25,134 nt of DNA from Pseudogymnoascus verrucosus (Eukaryota). A program made the position numbers and the translations under genes. Under the pieces are notes generated by a model that saw nothing but the letters and a program-made list of their open reading frames with translations, had not been told where the DNA came from and did no database searches. The stretch is taken from assembly GCA_001662655.1 (NCBI GenBank), contig KV460226.1. One strand, written 5' to 3'. Positions within the stretch are counted from its first letter, which is position 1, and every line of letters starts with the position of its first letter. Shown piece after piece: positions 1 to 10,829 of this stretch.

Positions 1-61
1 CATCCCGAAATGCAGGGCCAGATGCAACATGCCATCCCATCAGCGCTTACCTCCGTCAAAT

Positions 62-130
62 CTTACCACTTACCACTTACCACTTACCACTTACCACTTA
101 CCACTTACCACTTACCACTTACCACTTACC
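62..130. repeat. (CTTACCA)n heptanucleotide tandem repeat, ~9.9 copies
   Basis: Perfect 7-bp period read directly from 62 to 130. Confidence 0.95.
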
Positions 131-911
131 GTCTGACAAGTCTCCTCCTCAACCCTCCCTCCGCATATGTACACTACACTACACTATCAATACCAATACA
201 TCTCCCTCCCCCTACCTCCCCTTACCTCCCCCTACCTCCACCAACCACACTCCTCCCAAGTTACAGATACAGACTCAATACTCGCAATCCCACCGTCGGA
301 GACAACCACACACCACACGTGGCATGCTCCCCTCCCTCCCTCCCCTCCTCCCACCGTCGGACGATCGGCAACCCATTGGCGGATTCCGCGCCGAGGGGTC
401 ATCATTGCTTGAACGGGCCGAGGGTCTAGACGCGCCGTAGTGCGGCTTTACTCGTGTATCCATCGCTCCTTCCCTCTACAACACAATACAATCCCACTCC
501 CCTCACAAACCTCACTCTCCTCCTCCCCTTCTCTCCTCACAATCCATGCACCCTCCCATCCCCCATCTCCCCACGGAGTAAACTCCGACTATCACCCCCC
601 ATGAAAAAAACCCGCACGTCCCCATCCCATATCTCCCCGGCACACTCAAAAAAAAAAGGCCAACAGCCTACACACCCTACACCCACACCCCCAACCAACC
701 CCCCCATCCAACAAAGTGGAGCCATGACGTCCCCATGCATCCTGGACAACCAAATGACGTCGACTAGCCCCCTATGACGGCGTCGCGGGTGGGGCGGTCT
801 GGACCCGTCTCTGACCAATCCCGGGAAGCGGCGAGAGTGTGCAAGGGTCTTGGCGCGGATGGGAGGAGGAGGTGGCGGGCTTGGCGGTGGCTTGGCGGTG
901 GATGGGGGGCT

Positions 912-951
912 GTGGTGCGTGGTGGTGCGTGGTGGTGCGTGGTGGTGCGTG
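912..951. repeat. (GGTGGTGCGT)n 10-bp tandem repeat, ~4 copies
   Basis: Direct reading: tgtggtgcgt ggtggtgcgt ggtggtgcgt ggtggtgcgt. Confidence 0.85.
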
Positions 952-1180
952 CTGGAAGATTTTTGGGGGGAAGGAAGGAAGGTAGGGGAGGCTGGGCTGG
1001 GCTGGGGGGTTTTACCACGGGTTGATGGATGGATGGAGGGACGGGGATGGGGGGGAGTTCAGCCGGTGAGAGTGGGGAGAGGAGGAAGGGTAGGATAGTA
1101 GGGGATGGGAGGAGGGTAACTCGTGGTACGGGTGCACTGCGTGCGGTTAGAGGAGGGGAGGAAGGATTGTGATGTGAACA

Positions 1181-1205
1181 AGCACAGCACAGCACAGCAC
1201 AGCAC
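1181..1205. repeat. (AGCAC)5 microsatellite
   Basis: Direct reading. Confidence 0.85.
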
Positions 1206-1532
1206 GCCTGCATATACGCCCATCCTACTCTCTAATCCTCCCTCAGCCTTCCCTTCCCTTCCTACCACCCCCTACCCCCTCCCTCCTTCCCTCGGAGTAA
1301 CTCTCTCCCACCCTCCCCTCCCCTCCCTTCACACCACCACCACCACCCAACCTCCGACCCCGACCCGACCGACCCCGACCCCATCTCACCGCCCACCCAC
1401 CTCCCCTCCTTCCCTCCCACCCACCTGGCGAGCCGGTCCGAAGCACAGCACCGACCGGTCGCGTGCATGCATGCATGACGTAGCACCCCGCCCCCCGCCC
1501 GACGGCGCGGCACTGTTGGGATGGGGATGGGG

Positions 1533-1620
1533 GTGTGTGTGTGTGTCTATGTGTGTCTGTGTGTGTCTGTGTGTGTCTGTGTGTGTCTGTGTCTGTGTGT
1601 ATGTATGTATGTATATATGT
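1533..1620. repeat. Compound (GT)n/(GTGTGTCTGT)n/(ATGT)n microsatellite
   Basis: Direct reading; explains the spurious CVCV/THTH ORFs here. Confidence 0.9.
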
Positions 1621-1725
1621 ACTCGGCACGCAGCGCAGTGCGGCGCGGCGCATGGCATGGCATGGCTGGCTGTGGTACCGTGTGGGTGCGTGCTGGAGCG
1701 AGGGAGGGGGAGGTGCGCGGACCGG

Positions 1726-1754
1726 GTGCGTGCGTGCGTGCGTGCGTGCGTGCG
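1726..1754. repeat. (GTGC)n tetranucleotide microsatellite
   Basis: gtgcgtgcgtgcgtgcgtgcgtgcgtgcg. Confidence 0.85.
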
Positions 1755-2509
1755 GGCTGGTGGGTTGGTGGGTTGGTGGGTGGTTGCGTGGCTGCGTGGG
1801 AGGGTAGGTGACAGCTCCGATTGTGGGTGGATGGGTGGTGGTGGGTGCAGGCTGGGCGCGGAGGGATGTATGGGGGGAAGCAAGGGAGGTGAGGAGGGAA
1901 AGCTTGAGTGCTTGTGTGATGCTTGGTTGGGGGATGTGCGGTGCGGGTGGGAGGTGGGTGGAAGGTATGATGCTTGGTGGAGGGTGAGTGATGCTTGGTG
2001 GGTGTTCTGAAACGCTTCTATGCTGGGATGGGGGGAGTGTGGTTTGTCAGTGTTGGTTCTATAGGGGAATTGATGTGCGGTCGGTGGTGAGTTGGGGGCG
2101 GTTGGGAGGTGTTGGATGAGCGGCTGAGAGATGTGATGGGATGTGTAAGCCAGTTAGTGGGTGGGAGAGGTGTTGGGCAAGCCACTGTGCGGAGTAACAT
2201 GCAAGTAACCCATAGTGTGAAGTGATAATTCAGCCTCGACCTGGCTGCTTGCATTGCATTGAGGCGTTTTTTACAAGTTGATATTTCGTTTTCATGCCCC
2301 TGGCGCAGGGGGTGCGCATGTAGAATCTCTCCTTTCTTCCTGGTCCCTTCCTTAAAAGGACAGAAGCATTGTGGCCAAGCAATGGCGGGACAAACAGAGC
2401 TGAGACCCCGCAGAGCAAGAGATAATATACTTCTGGTATGGAAACGTACGATTCGCAAAAAACCAACTCCTCATTTTCTACACGGAAAATTGGAAGAGGC
2501 AAAGCTCAC

Positions 2510-2651
2510 GGCAGGTAGGCTATCACCGTCGTTACATTCTTGTCATCACCCTGAGTTCTCACTATCACTACACTCCTGTCACCGCCTAGTATCCTCACTA
2601 TTGTCCCGTTCTCTCACCAGGCCTGGTTTTTATTTCCGTCACGCCCGTGCT
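2510..2651 (-). repeat. Diverged inverted copy of the 8368-8664/20094-20399 repeat family, with ~3 degenerate 36-bp internal units
   Basis: Reverse complement of 2510-2547 matches 8471-8508 at 30/38 (7 of 8 mismatches are transitions); reverse complement of 2634-2651 matches 8438-8455 at 14/18 in colinear order. Confidence 0.55.
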
Positions 2652-2986
2652 TTCAAACAACGGGCAAAGGATTTTCTTCTTATTGTCATTGTTCATTCCA
2701 AGGCACAGAATCTTCTCAAATTGACTTCCGGAATTTACAGTATGGCTGGCGATGATGTTCACGATTCGTGTATGCGCAGGAAGCAGCGCAACGTCTCAAA
2801 TACCCAGCAGTCTTCCCAAACGCCTTGCCCTTCTTCTTCGTGGTTCTGTGGTAAAGTCACGGCCGATTTTCAAAGGGGCTGTTTCTCTACACCAGGTTCT
2901 GCCAGCTCATGATCATCCCAATCAAGGTCACTTCCAGGAAATAAATTCCTCGTCCATCATTGCTTGAGCGTATCACCACCACTTTA

Positions 2987-3653
2987 TTAAAGGCGCATCT
3001 CCAACACGCAACCCTGCCACTCCTTCTCCCCCGCCGTAAAGTCTTCAAGAACCTTAAACCCCTGACTCTCATAATACCTAAATCACCAAAAGCATCAGCC
3101 ATCCAAAAACCACAACACTCCACTCGCACAAGACCACTACTTACCGGACCAACTTCCGATCATTCCCCCTAAAACAATCAACACATATCCGCTTCACCCC
3201 CGTACTCTTAACCTGCTCCTTAGCAAACCCAATAAGCGCCGCCGCAGCCCCCTTCCTCTCCTCCCCCGCATCGCGATTCGAAATGAGGTACGCCAGATAC
3301 ACAAACGGATCACTCTCATCCTGCTCCGGCAGAACAGAGCTGACATATGCCGGCGCCTTCGAATCTAGCACCAATCCCGCCACGGGGACACCGCTACTTG
3401 ATTCCGCAATGGAGGCGCGACACCACTCACTACCCCATGGAGCGTTTTGCTCACTCCTCTCGATCCATAAGCGGGCTTTTTGAGTAACGGCCGGGTTGGC
3501 TTCGCGGACGGATTTGGTGCCCCATTGGTCGGCGCTGCCGACGGTTGAGAGCCAGGGAATTTGGGATTCTTGGAAGTCGACTAGGAGCTCGTGGTCTGAG
3601 GCTGCTATTGTGGCGGGGCGGATTGCGAGGGGGGGTGTGGTTGTTGATGACAT
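2987..3653 (-). CDS. GNAT-family N-acetyltransferase (2 exons: 3653-3145, 3077-2987)
   Basis: MSSTTTPPLAIRPAT...WLSTVGSADQWG...YLAYLISNRDAGEERKGAAAALIGFA...VDCFRGNDRKLVR, GTAAGT...GCTGAT...TTTAG intron 3144-3078, then YYESQGFKVLEDFTAGEKEWQGCVLEMRL*; GNAT acetyl-CoA motif A and the YYxxxGF motif. Confidence 0.88.
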
Positions 3654-4224
3654 TTTTTCTGGTGTTGGATGTTGTGTGGTTACTTGATATGGGTGATACT
3701 CACTATTTATCAAATGTTGGCACTGGCATGGAAATTGATAACGTGGTCTCTTACGTGGTCTTGCGTGGGACCTTCCTTACTTGGAATCTTGAATCGTGCC
3801 GCCTAAGGGAAGCTGCGAGAATGTGCCAAGCATTATCATGATAACATGACTTCGATTGGTCAGCCCGTGTTTTAGCGCGCGATGCTGCACTTCACATGCT
3901 TCACGAAGTATGAGATTTGACGCGAAGCAGGCTTCTGGGTAATCGTGGACACAGGCGCGGACGTAGGCCCTTAATTGCTTGTCGCTGTCCTTATTTCTTT
4001 GGGGTGGATTCTCACTATCTCGTTATCATCATGGTGTGGTGATCTTAGCTGCCACATGCTTCACTCGGGATTCGGTAGGGACAATTTACAACTTAATAAC
4101 TATGATCTCTCAAGTATATTAACTCTAGTATGTGATAATTAAAAACCGGGTGGGCCCAGCTAAAAAAATAAAAAATAATTAATAAAAAGCATAGTTTAAT
4201 TAGCAAAATAAGAAGTTCCAGATT

Positions 4225-5296
4225 TCACTTTCTCAGTTCAAGTCTGTTCTTGTTATGCAAAATAAAAATAAAAATAAAAATAATTGTGCCGAAGAGCCTC
4301 AAAAGAAAGAGCTGAGAAATATGACTCGATCCGTCCCTGTATATCGCGTTGTCCAGTCGCATAATAAAATTATTTATCATCTCCTCTTTTTTTTCCATGC
4401 TCCTATATATTCGTATTCGTTTCATCCCGAAAATCCTATGGAAGATTCTAACAATACGGTCATATGCATCTGGTGTATCTAAACGGTCGTTTCTCTGCCA
4501 TCTAGAAACCATTAGATCTCTTAACAGACTGCTCAGCGATTACTTACTTAATAGCATGCATGCTCCGAGTATTGATCTGCTCTAACCACCATGGCTCATG
4601 AATCCTGTAGCTGAGCTCTGAAAATGCAGCAATAAAGTGGTAAGTCAAGAGTGCTTGATAATCTGCGTTGTATGGATTGTAGCACATTGCCGTCGCTGGA
4701 TGAAAACACCGTATGGCGACGGATCTGCACCCCTCAATATCAATTTCGTCGCGAATTGTTGGGTTTCCGACCCCTCCTCCAACAAATTGCCCAACAAATT
4801 CGTTGCTACATGTAGCGGCGCCTTTGTTCCAACAGCATATCACTACTCGTGGCTTTTTGAATTTGAGCATTTGCTCGAGGAGCAAGTGACAGTCATCATC
4901 TGACGGCCACGCAGCCGTTAATCCAGGTTTAAAGGAATAAGCATCAAAAACCGATACCGTTTCGATGCTTCGTGTCCCTTTACTAGCATATCTGATGAGC
5001 TTGTCCACCGCATCCAAAGTAGGACAATCAGCCACGAATTTCTCAAAGTCCACCGAGTAGTTGTGGCGTGGAGCTGGCCGTTGAAGAATGATGACGAGAT
5101 CCGAGTAACCTTCGGCAAGGTCGCATGCTTGCCGTATCTCACTGATATCACGGTTGTATTTTCGCCCAAACTCTATGAGTAGATCGAGCACATTTCCGTC
5201 TCCCGGGTGAGATACTGGAACTGAGGGTGCCTTCACGAGCTCCCCGATGCAACGAGGCAATGGGATGTTCAGACATCCCTGGTCGTAGACTCCCAT
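4225..5296 (-). CDS. Uncharacterised protein with uracil-DNA-glycosylase-superfamily-like motifs (2 exons: 5296-4548, 4501-4225; start and 3' end uncertain)
   Basis: Long ORF with LVIILQRP, VSVFDAYSF, KKPRVVICC and IRCFHPA, in the order of UDG-fold motif A / central strand / motif B (HPS-like). Intron 4547-4502 (GTAAGT...CTAAT...CTAG) joins it in phase to the 4225-4512 ORF. Confidence 0.6.
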
Positions 5297-5519
5297 GTTT
5301 ATATAGAGAGTGAATTTGTAGCAATTATCTGCAACAAAATTTTGAATTAATATGAGCGAGCTTAATAATGGCGATGGGAATGAGGACATAATAAGATCGG
5401 CTGGGAGATATTGGCGCCTAATAGACCGACGGTGTTGGACTCTCGGCAGGCGAGGCTCCAAACCAACCGCCCCCATTATACTTCCATGCACCGCCCCAAA
5501 ACCAACGCAAAGTACAGTA

Positions 5520-6282
5520 TTATCTAGGCTCCCTCACCAGAAGTGCAGTTTTAACGTCACTTGCTCCTCCATAAGGACTATAATCCATCAAAATCTCATC
5601 TACCTCCTCCCAGCCATGCTTGAGGTACATCCCTACCCCCTGCACACTCCCCTGGACAAAAGCCTTTGCATTTTCCTTGTCAGCCTGTTCCAACACAGGG
5701 GTTAAGAGCATAGAACCGAGCCCCTTTCTTTGGTATTCTGGTCGCACGGCCAGAATGCTCATGACTTGTAGTACTTATTAGTAAATGTATACGCGGTAGA
5801 TTTTGCCATAAATGAGAAATGCAACGCAATACGAACAGTAATGCGTCTCAGGCACAACCCACTTCCTTCTCCCCCGGAGAAATTTGGTAAAGAACTCGAC
5901 AACCAATTCCTCATTTGATCCTGGTACGTGCTGCTGCATTCGTATGGCCGTTTCGGGGTCTTCGGCGTTCGGATCGGGGGTATGAGGATATACCCACTTG
6001 CTAAAAGCAACAATTTCGCTAACAGGTATGAGCCGGAAAATACTGCAATGGACATAAACCATACCCTGTATCTTCAAGTACAACCTTGAAATACTTCACT
6101 CCAGGTGCTGTGAAGCTCTTCTCAAAATTCTGTATCGATTTCTCCTTCAGTACCTTCGGGTCAGACCGAGGATAGAGGTATATTATGGCTGGGTCGTCGG
6201 CGAACGCTTCGTCAAATATGTCTGCGCACACAGTCATATCTGACAGTTCGCAGGGAACGACCTTAAAGTTTGAGAAAGCCAT
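5520..6282 (-). CDS. GNAT-family N-acetyltransferase (3 exons: 6282-6065, 6018-5837, 5764-5520)
   Basis: Three ORF pieces joined in phase by introns 6064-6019 and 5836-5765; FMSILAVRPEYQRKGLGSMLL (motif A Q/RxxGxG) and GVGMYLKHGW. Confidence 0.92.
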
Positions 6283-6549
6283 GTTAGATAGTTGTACTGT
6301 AGAGTTTCAATGATGTTAAAGCTGAAGGCACCCGCGAAATGAACGGGGCGGGACCACGGGAGATCGGCGACAAGGGTTGACCGCATGTGGCATTGGAGAC
6401 CAAAGCTTCGCCTCTTGGCATACCCTTGATCCCCCTTAAACATGTCAACAACCAACGTCCATATATTTATAGAAGCCCCCATACTATCTTGAGAAACTCC
6501 CCATTCTCTTTGTTGTCCCTCTGCAAACACCGCGCTCTAGTTCTCGCCA

Positions 6550-6885
6550 ATGGAAGAATCCCAGACAGAATCCCAAAAGTATCTCAATGAGAACTACGCA
6601 GGCGATATAGCCGAACTCAAGAAATACGCGATTTACCTCAAACGCGTGTTCTTCTTCTTTCTCTTTGTGGTCTTCACCAATATTGTGCTGACATACTTCT
6701 TGATCATGCACCCATCCAGGCTACCTTGCAAACCCACTGCTGAATTATGCGCAGCGTGTGCGGAAGCCAATCCTGCATGGACCGACCTCTTCGCGGAAAA
6801 TATCTGGGGCAAAGTGTCAACCACACTCTCATCTACACTGATCATATGCTGGGCGATCCATACCTATTATCATGGCCTGGTCTAG
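6550..6885 (+). CDS. Hypothetical small membrane protein (111 aa, 1-2 TM segments; gene model may be incomplete)
   Basis: ATG ORF with hydrophobic VFFFFLFVVFTNIVLTYFLIM and Cys-rich segment; TATA-like atatatttata ~85 bp upstream; an intron-like GTGAGC...GCTGAC...TAG stretch downstream hints at a longer or degenerate model. Confidence 0.45.
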   Translation: MEESQTESQKYLNENYAGDIAELKKYAIYLKRVFFFFLFVVFTNIVLTYFLIMHPSRLPCKPTAELCAACAEANPAWTDLFAENIWGKVSTTLSSTLIICWAIHTYYHGLV

Positions 6886-7237
6886 CCCAACAATGATAGG
6901 ATGTAGGGCTGAAGCTGCACAATGGGAGACACTGCACTTAATGTGAGCTTACCTCTCATATTTACGTGTTGGCAATTATACCGTCAATGGCTGACAAGGC
7001 TTACTATGTAGGAGAAATTTTTGGAAGCATCGCCATTGTTGGAGCCTTGTAGCATCGGAAATGCTGATGAGGAGGATATCAATATGAATCAATACAGTGC
7101 CGGCAAAACTATTCTCCGAATGCGCCACGCGATGCTGTCATAGAACCCCCAAACGCTTCTTCTCATAAGAGCATCTAAGCTCCATCTCACCTCCTCACCT
7201 CACCTCACCAACCTCAAATCCCAAAATCACACCCACC

Positions 7238-7993
7238 ATGCCCCCCAAACGCCCAACCCAACAACTAACCCATTTCCTCGCCCTCCCCCTCCACACCCCG
7301 ACCTCCCTTCCCCCCCTCCACACAACCCTCCGCACCCTTCCCCCCACCCTCCCCACACACCTCCGCCCCGCCCTCCGACCCCCCACAACCCTCCACTTCA
7401 CCCTCTGCGTCCTGGATCTGCGCGACCCCGTCCGCCTCTCCACCGCCCTCTCCATCCTCCGCACCCTCGACCTCCCACTCCTCTGGGCCATCGCACAGGG
7501 CCCTCCCGCCGCCGGGGGACAATTACAGAAAGATGTGCGTGTCACACTGAAGGGGCTGAAGGCAATGAGGAATCCAGAGAGCACGAGCGTGATTTATGCG
7601 CCGCCCGCGGATGAGACGAAAGCGCTCCAGCGATTCGGGGAGTTAGTCCGCTCGCACTTCGCGTGTCTGATTGGACCGCCTCCTACGCCTCCTTCTACAC
7701 CTCCAGGAGCGGCAGGGCCAGCGCGGCAAGAGACGGTGATACTACCGCCGCCGAGGCCGTTACCGGGGCTGCTGCTGCATGCGACGGTGTTTAATACGGT
7801 TTATATACCTGGGAGGAGTAGGAGGGATAGGCAGCGTTTGGAGATCGATGCAAGGGCGCTGATTGAGGCGTTTGGAGAGATGGTGTGGATGGAGAATATT
7901 AGGGTTGAGGAGCTGGTGTTGTGTAGGATGGGGGCGAAGGAGGTGGACGGGGTGGAGAAGTATGCGGCGGAGGGGATGGTGAGCATGCCTTAG
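7238..7993 (+). CDS. 2H-phosphoesterase, AKAP7 2'5' RNA ligase-like / ASCC1-like domain protein
   Basis: N-terminal LTHFLALPL, two HxT motifs (LHFTL, LHATV), and IDARALIEAFG...LCRMGA C-terminus typical of the fungal family. Confidence 0.88.
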   Translation: MPPKRPTQQLTHFLALPLHTPTSLPPLHTTLRTLPPTLPTHLRPALRPPTTLHFTLCVLDLRDPVRLSTALSILRTLDLPLLWAIAQGPPAAGGQLQKDVRVTLKGLKAMRNPESTSVIYAPPADETKALQRFGELVRSHFACLIGPPPTPPSTPPGAAGPARQETVILPPPRPLPGLLLHATVFNTVYIPGRSRRDRQRLEIDARALIEAFGEMVWMENIRVEELVLCRMGAKEVDGVEKYAAEGMVSMP

Positions 7994-8367
7994 TTGAGTT
8001 GTACGGCGAGTAGTGAAGAATATCCCATGAGCCCTGTATAGCTGGGATTCCACTTTCTACCTCTCGACCTCCCCGGCCACTCTGAGAGAGAGACAATGCC
8101 CAAATCCTTGAGATCGCGGTGCAGGAGGGATTTGCAAAGGATGCGCTTAAAGACATCCATAAGCTAGCGGGAGCAGTGAATGCAGGTGACGGGATAGCAA
8201 CGGAGAAGGAAGTTCAGGCAGTTTGTGCAAACACAGAGTCAGCTGCAGCGGATGCGACCACTGTGAGACAGGTGGCAGAGTTGCGGCTATATTTGCATTG
8301 TTGCGGCCTCCTCTTCCTATTACAGACGCAGGGAAGGTAGTAGTAGCGCTAGAGAGAATCGCTACAG

Positions 8368-8664
8368 CTTTGGAGAGAATTGCTACTCTCATAGAGAAGT
8401 TCGACCCGGGGATCTCATAGTAGACCCTAGTGGTTACAGCACGAGAGTGGCGAAAGTGTCAATTTAGAACGGTGACAGGATTATAACGACAGTGATAACC
8501 CATCTGCCTCATTCTCGAAACACGGGTAATACCGCTGTATTGCGTTTAATTCTAGACCCTATGTTCCTCCTAGATTGTTTATTAAATCTATCTAAGAACA
8601 TTTTCTAATTTATTCGCGCTTACGACAGTTCTTCTCGCTGGTTAATGACAGAAGTGACTGCCAG
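8368..8664 (+). repeat. Dispersed repeat copy 1 (less mutated); likely remnant of a mobile-element-associated gene (ALERIAT heptad repeat at its 5' side)
   Basis: Colinear alignment with 20094-20399 over ~300 bp, e.g. atagtagaccctagt, taaatctatctaagaacattttctaatttatt and gttaatgacagaagtg shared exactly. Confidence 0.85.
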
Positions 8665-9499
8665 GCGAGAGGATGTGCGCGCCGATCTCGTTGGTTTTTT
8701 TCGAGGAGGACGACGCGGAAGTCGTCGTTTCCAGTTCAATTGAGCTCTCCGTATATATATATATCCGTCTTCGTATTTGTTATTTGTGCGTGTGGGAAAG
8801 AGAGAAAGTGAAGTGTATGACGAGGTCTCTCGTATACCCTCCCTCTCGGCTTTCACACACCTCCCTCGGCGAAGCCTACCGTGGGCATAGCTCCAATCGC
8901 GATGGTACGCCTTTGGTGGGGTAAGGCGAGCCCGATACCTTCCACGCGACCAATTAGCGCCGCGCCGATTCAGAGCGTTTGCTCACCCTTCCCCCAAAGC
9001 GCAGGCAGGTTAGTAAGTTAAGTTTATAAATTACTATTGTAAAGGTACTTGCACTAATTGGTGGTCGCGAACGTCGGTTGACGGAGGTCGCTTCCTCCAA
9101 CCTTGAGCGAAGCAAAAGTTGGTCACGACGATTAAGATATTTGAGAATGGATGCAAGGATCTTATAGCGGATGTTACCATCTTGATGTACCGATCGCTTC
9201 CGGCACAGCTTTGTGTGGGTTTACCCGATTGCGAATATATGATGCGTCGGGACGGGTATTCATATGGGTATTCACATGTAGCGAGTACCCGCAAGCTAAC
9301 CAGATCTTAGATTGGGACATATATCGCAGTGTAAGCAGAGGTAGGACACGACACGCGGAAACAAACAGACCTTCGATTCAAAATCAGTTAATTACTGCTT
9401 CCGAAGCTTGTGTTGAAAATTCCATTGCGAAATATCTTATATTGCAAATACCAGAACATGCCAACCTCGATTGGTATTGCGTTGCGAGTGTCGCAGTGG

Positions 9500-10339
9500 A
9501 TGAGAAATTTACAACCTTTGGTAACTATGAATTCATACGAGCTATTATCACCATATGAGTACTGACGCTGTAGTCTCCAATCCAATGTTTAGCATATTCT
9601 CCGGTCAAGCAGGGCCTCTTGCCAAATTCGACAGTGTATAGTCAACGTCGGTGGTCAACACAAGCTGTTGTGTCGAAAGTGCCACAGACCCAAGAGATTC
9701 AAATGCCCCTCCATCGACAACTACAAAGGCAACATGCTCCACTCCCAAGCCAAGACACACAAAAAGGGGCAGCGGAATACGCATTGTTAGTCCCTCGCTA
9801 TTCCCAGCGTCACCTGTCGTACAGTTCTAACATCATAGAACCACAATGGACAAACTTGCCAATTGGGCGCATCAAGGCTCACTCTGGCCCGTAACTTTTG
9901 GCCTTGCATGCTGTGGAATCGAAATGATGAATACATCCATGCCACGTTATGACCAAGACCGGCTAGGCATAATATTTAGAGCTTCACCGCGCCAGGCCGA
10001 TGTGATGATCGTAGCTGGAACGCTGACGAACAAAATGGCACCGGCCATGAGACAGGTGTATGATCAAATGCCGGACCCAAAATGGGTTATAAGCATGGGC
10101 AGCTGTGCAAACGGAGGCGGATATTACCACTACAGCTATTCCGTCGTGCGCGGTTGTGATAGAATTGTGCCAGTCGACATCTATGTTCCTGGCTGTAAGT
10201 TTTGGGAAGCAGACATTTCTAAGAAGTAAGGCTAATAAAAGTAGGCCCACCGACGGCGGAGGCGCTTTTGTATGGAATATTCAAGCTTCAGAAAAAAATG
10301 CGGCGGTCGAAAACAATGAGGATGTGGTATAGAAAGTAA
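9500..10339 (+). CDS. NDUFS7: NADH:ubiquinone oxidoreductase 20 kDa Fe-S subunit (PSST/NuoB), 4 exons: 9500-9520, 9574-9785, 9839-10194, 10245-10339
   Basis: [50 protein letters not shown] and YVPGC|PPTAEAL (all four N2 Cys ligands). Three in-phase GT-AG introns; basic, Ser-rich presequence-like N-terminus (first exon least certain). Confidence 0.95.
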
Positions 10340-10829
10340 TGTTGGTGTCGAGGATGGGGTATTTTTTCTAGAGATAAATCAATCAACTTGTAAATTATGG
10401 TTAACAGAACTATGCCATCAACACACAAATAATCCCCACTAAGTAGTTTAGTACATTCATGAAGCTTAATGTTTTCTACGGAATATATTAATCTGCCTCC
10501 GGTGATATAACAGCAGGTCGATGTCGAATAACCAATTAACAACGGAATGCAAGCCGTTATGGGGACTGGTGTACTCGGGGATTCGGGGACTCGGGAATTG
10601 AAATAGTACTGACATCGAGTATTTTTTCGGGTCCCGTACAGAGGCATTAGGAAGCGCAAATACTTCTCTCCCTATTAAAGTAGAAATATTCGTAGGCTTT
10701 GGTACTTCGACTACATCTCGACACGTACTTGCGAGTCAAATCTTGGGAAGCATCATTCTAACCCATTCAAGAGCATTGATTCTTTTATCTGACACCCCAT
10801 ATACCTCACTTCTTACCCAGAGCATCCAA

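Noticed and set aside
62..130. (CTTACCA)n as a telomeric repeat
   Set aside because: Not the TTAGGG unit typical of filamentous ascomycetes, and unique sequence lies on both sides.
10..2010. Many long ORFs (up to 295 aa) in the first 2 kb
   Set aside because: Translations are Pro/Gly/Cys-Val runs generated by microsatellites and compositional skew; no domain motifs.
2018..2967. ORFs 2259-2912 (+), 2018-2458 (-) and 2230-2502 (-) as genes
   Set aside because: Non-ATG starts and no motifs; the region overlaps a diverged repeat copy and may be a decayed gene that I cannot identify.
8119..8420. Cys-rich ORF (CSGCDHC) / ALERIAT ORF as an intact gene
   Set aside because: Short overlapping frames with stops and no convincing start; treated as part of the repeat remnant.
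8975..9045. TGCTCACCCT motif followed by TTAC-N7-A as another Starship boundary
   Set aside because: Short motifs expected by chance; no partner end or TIR found in the window.
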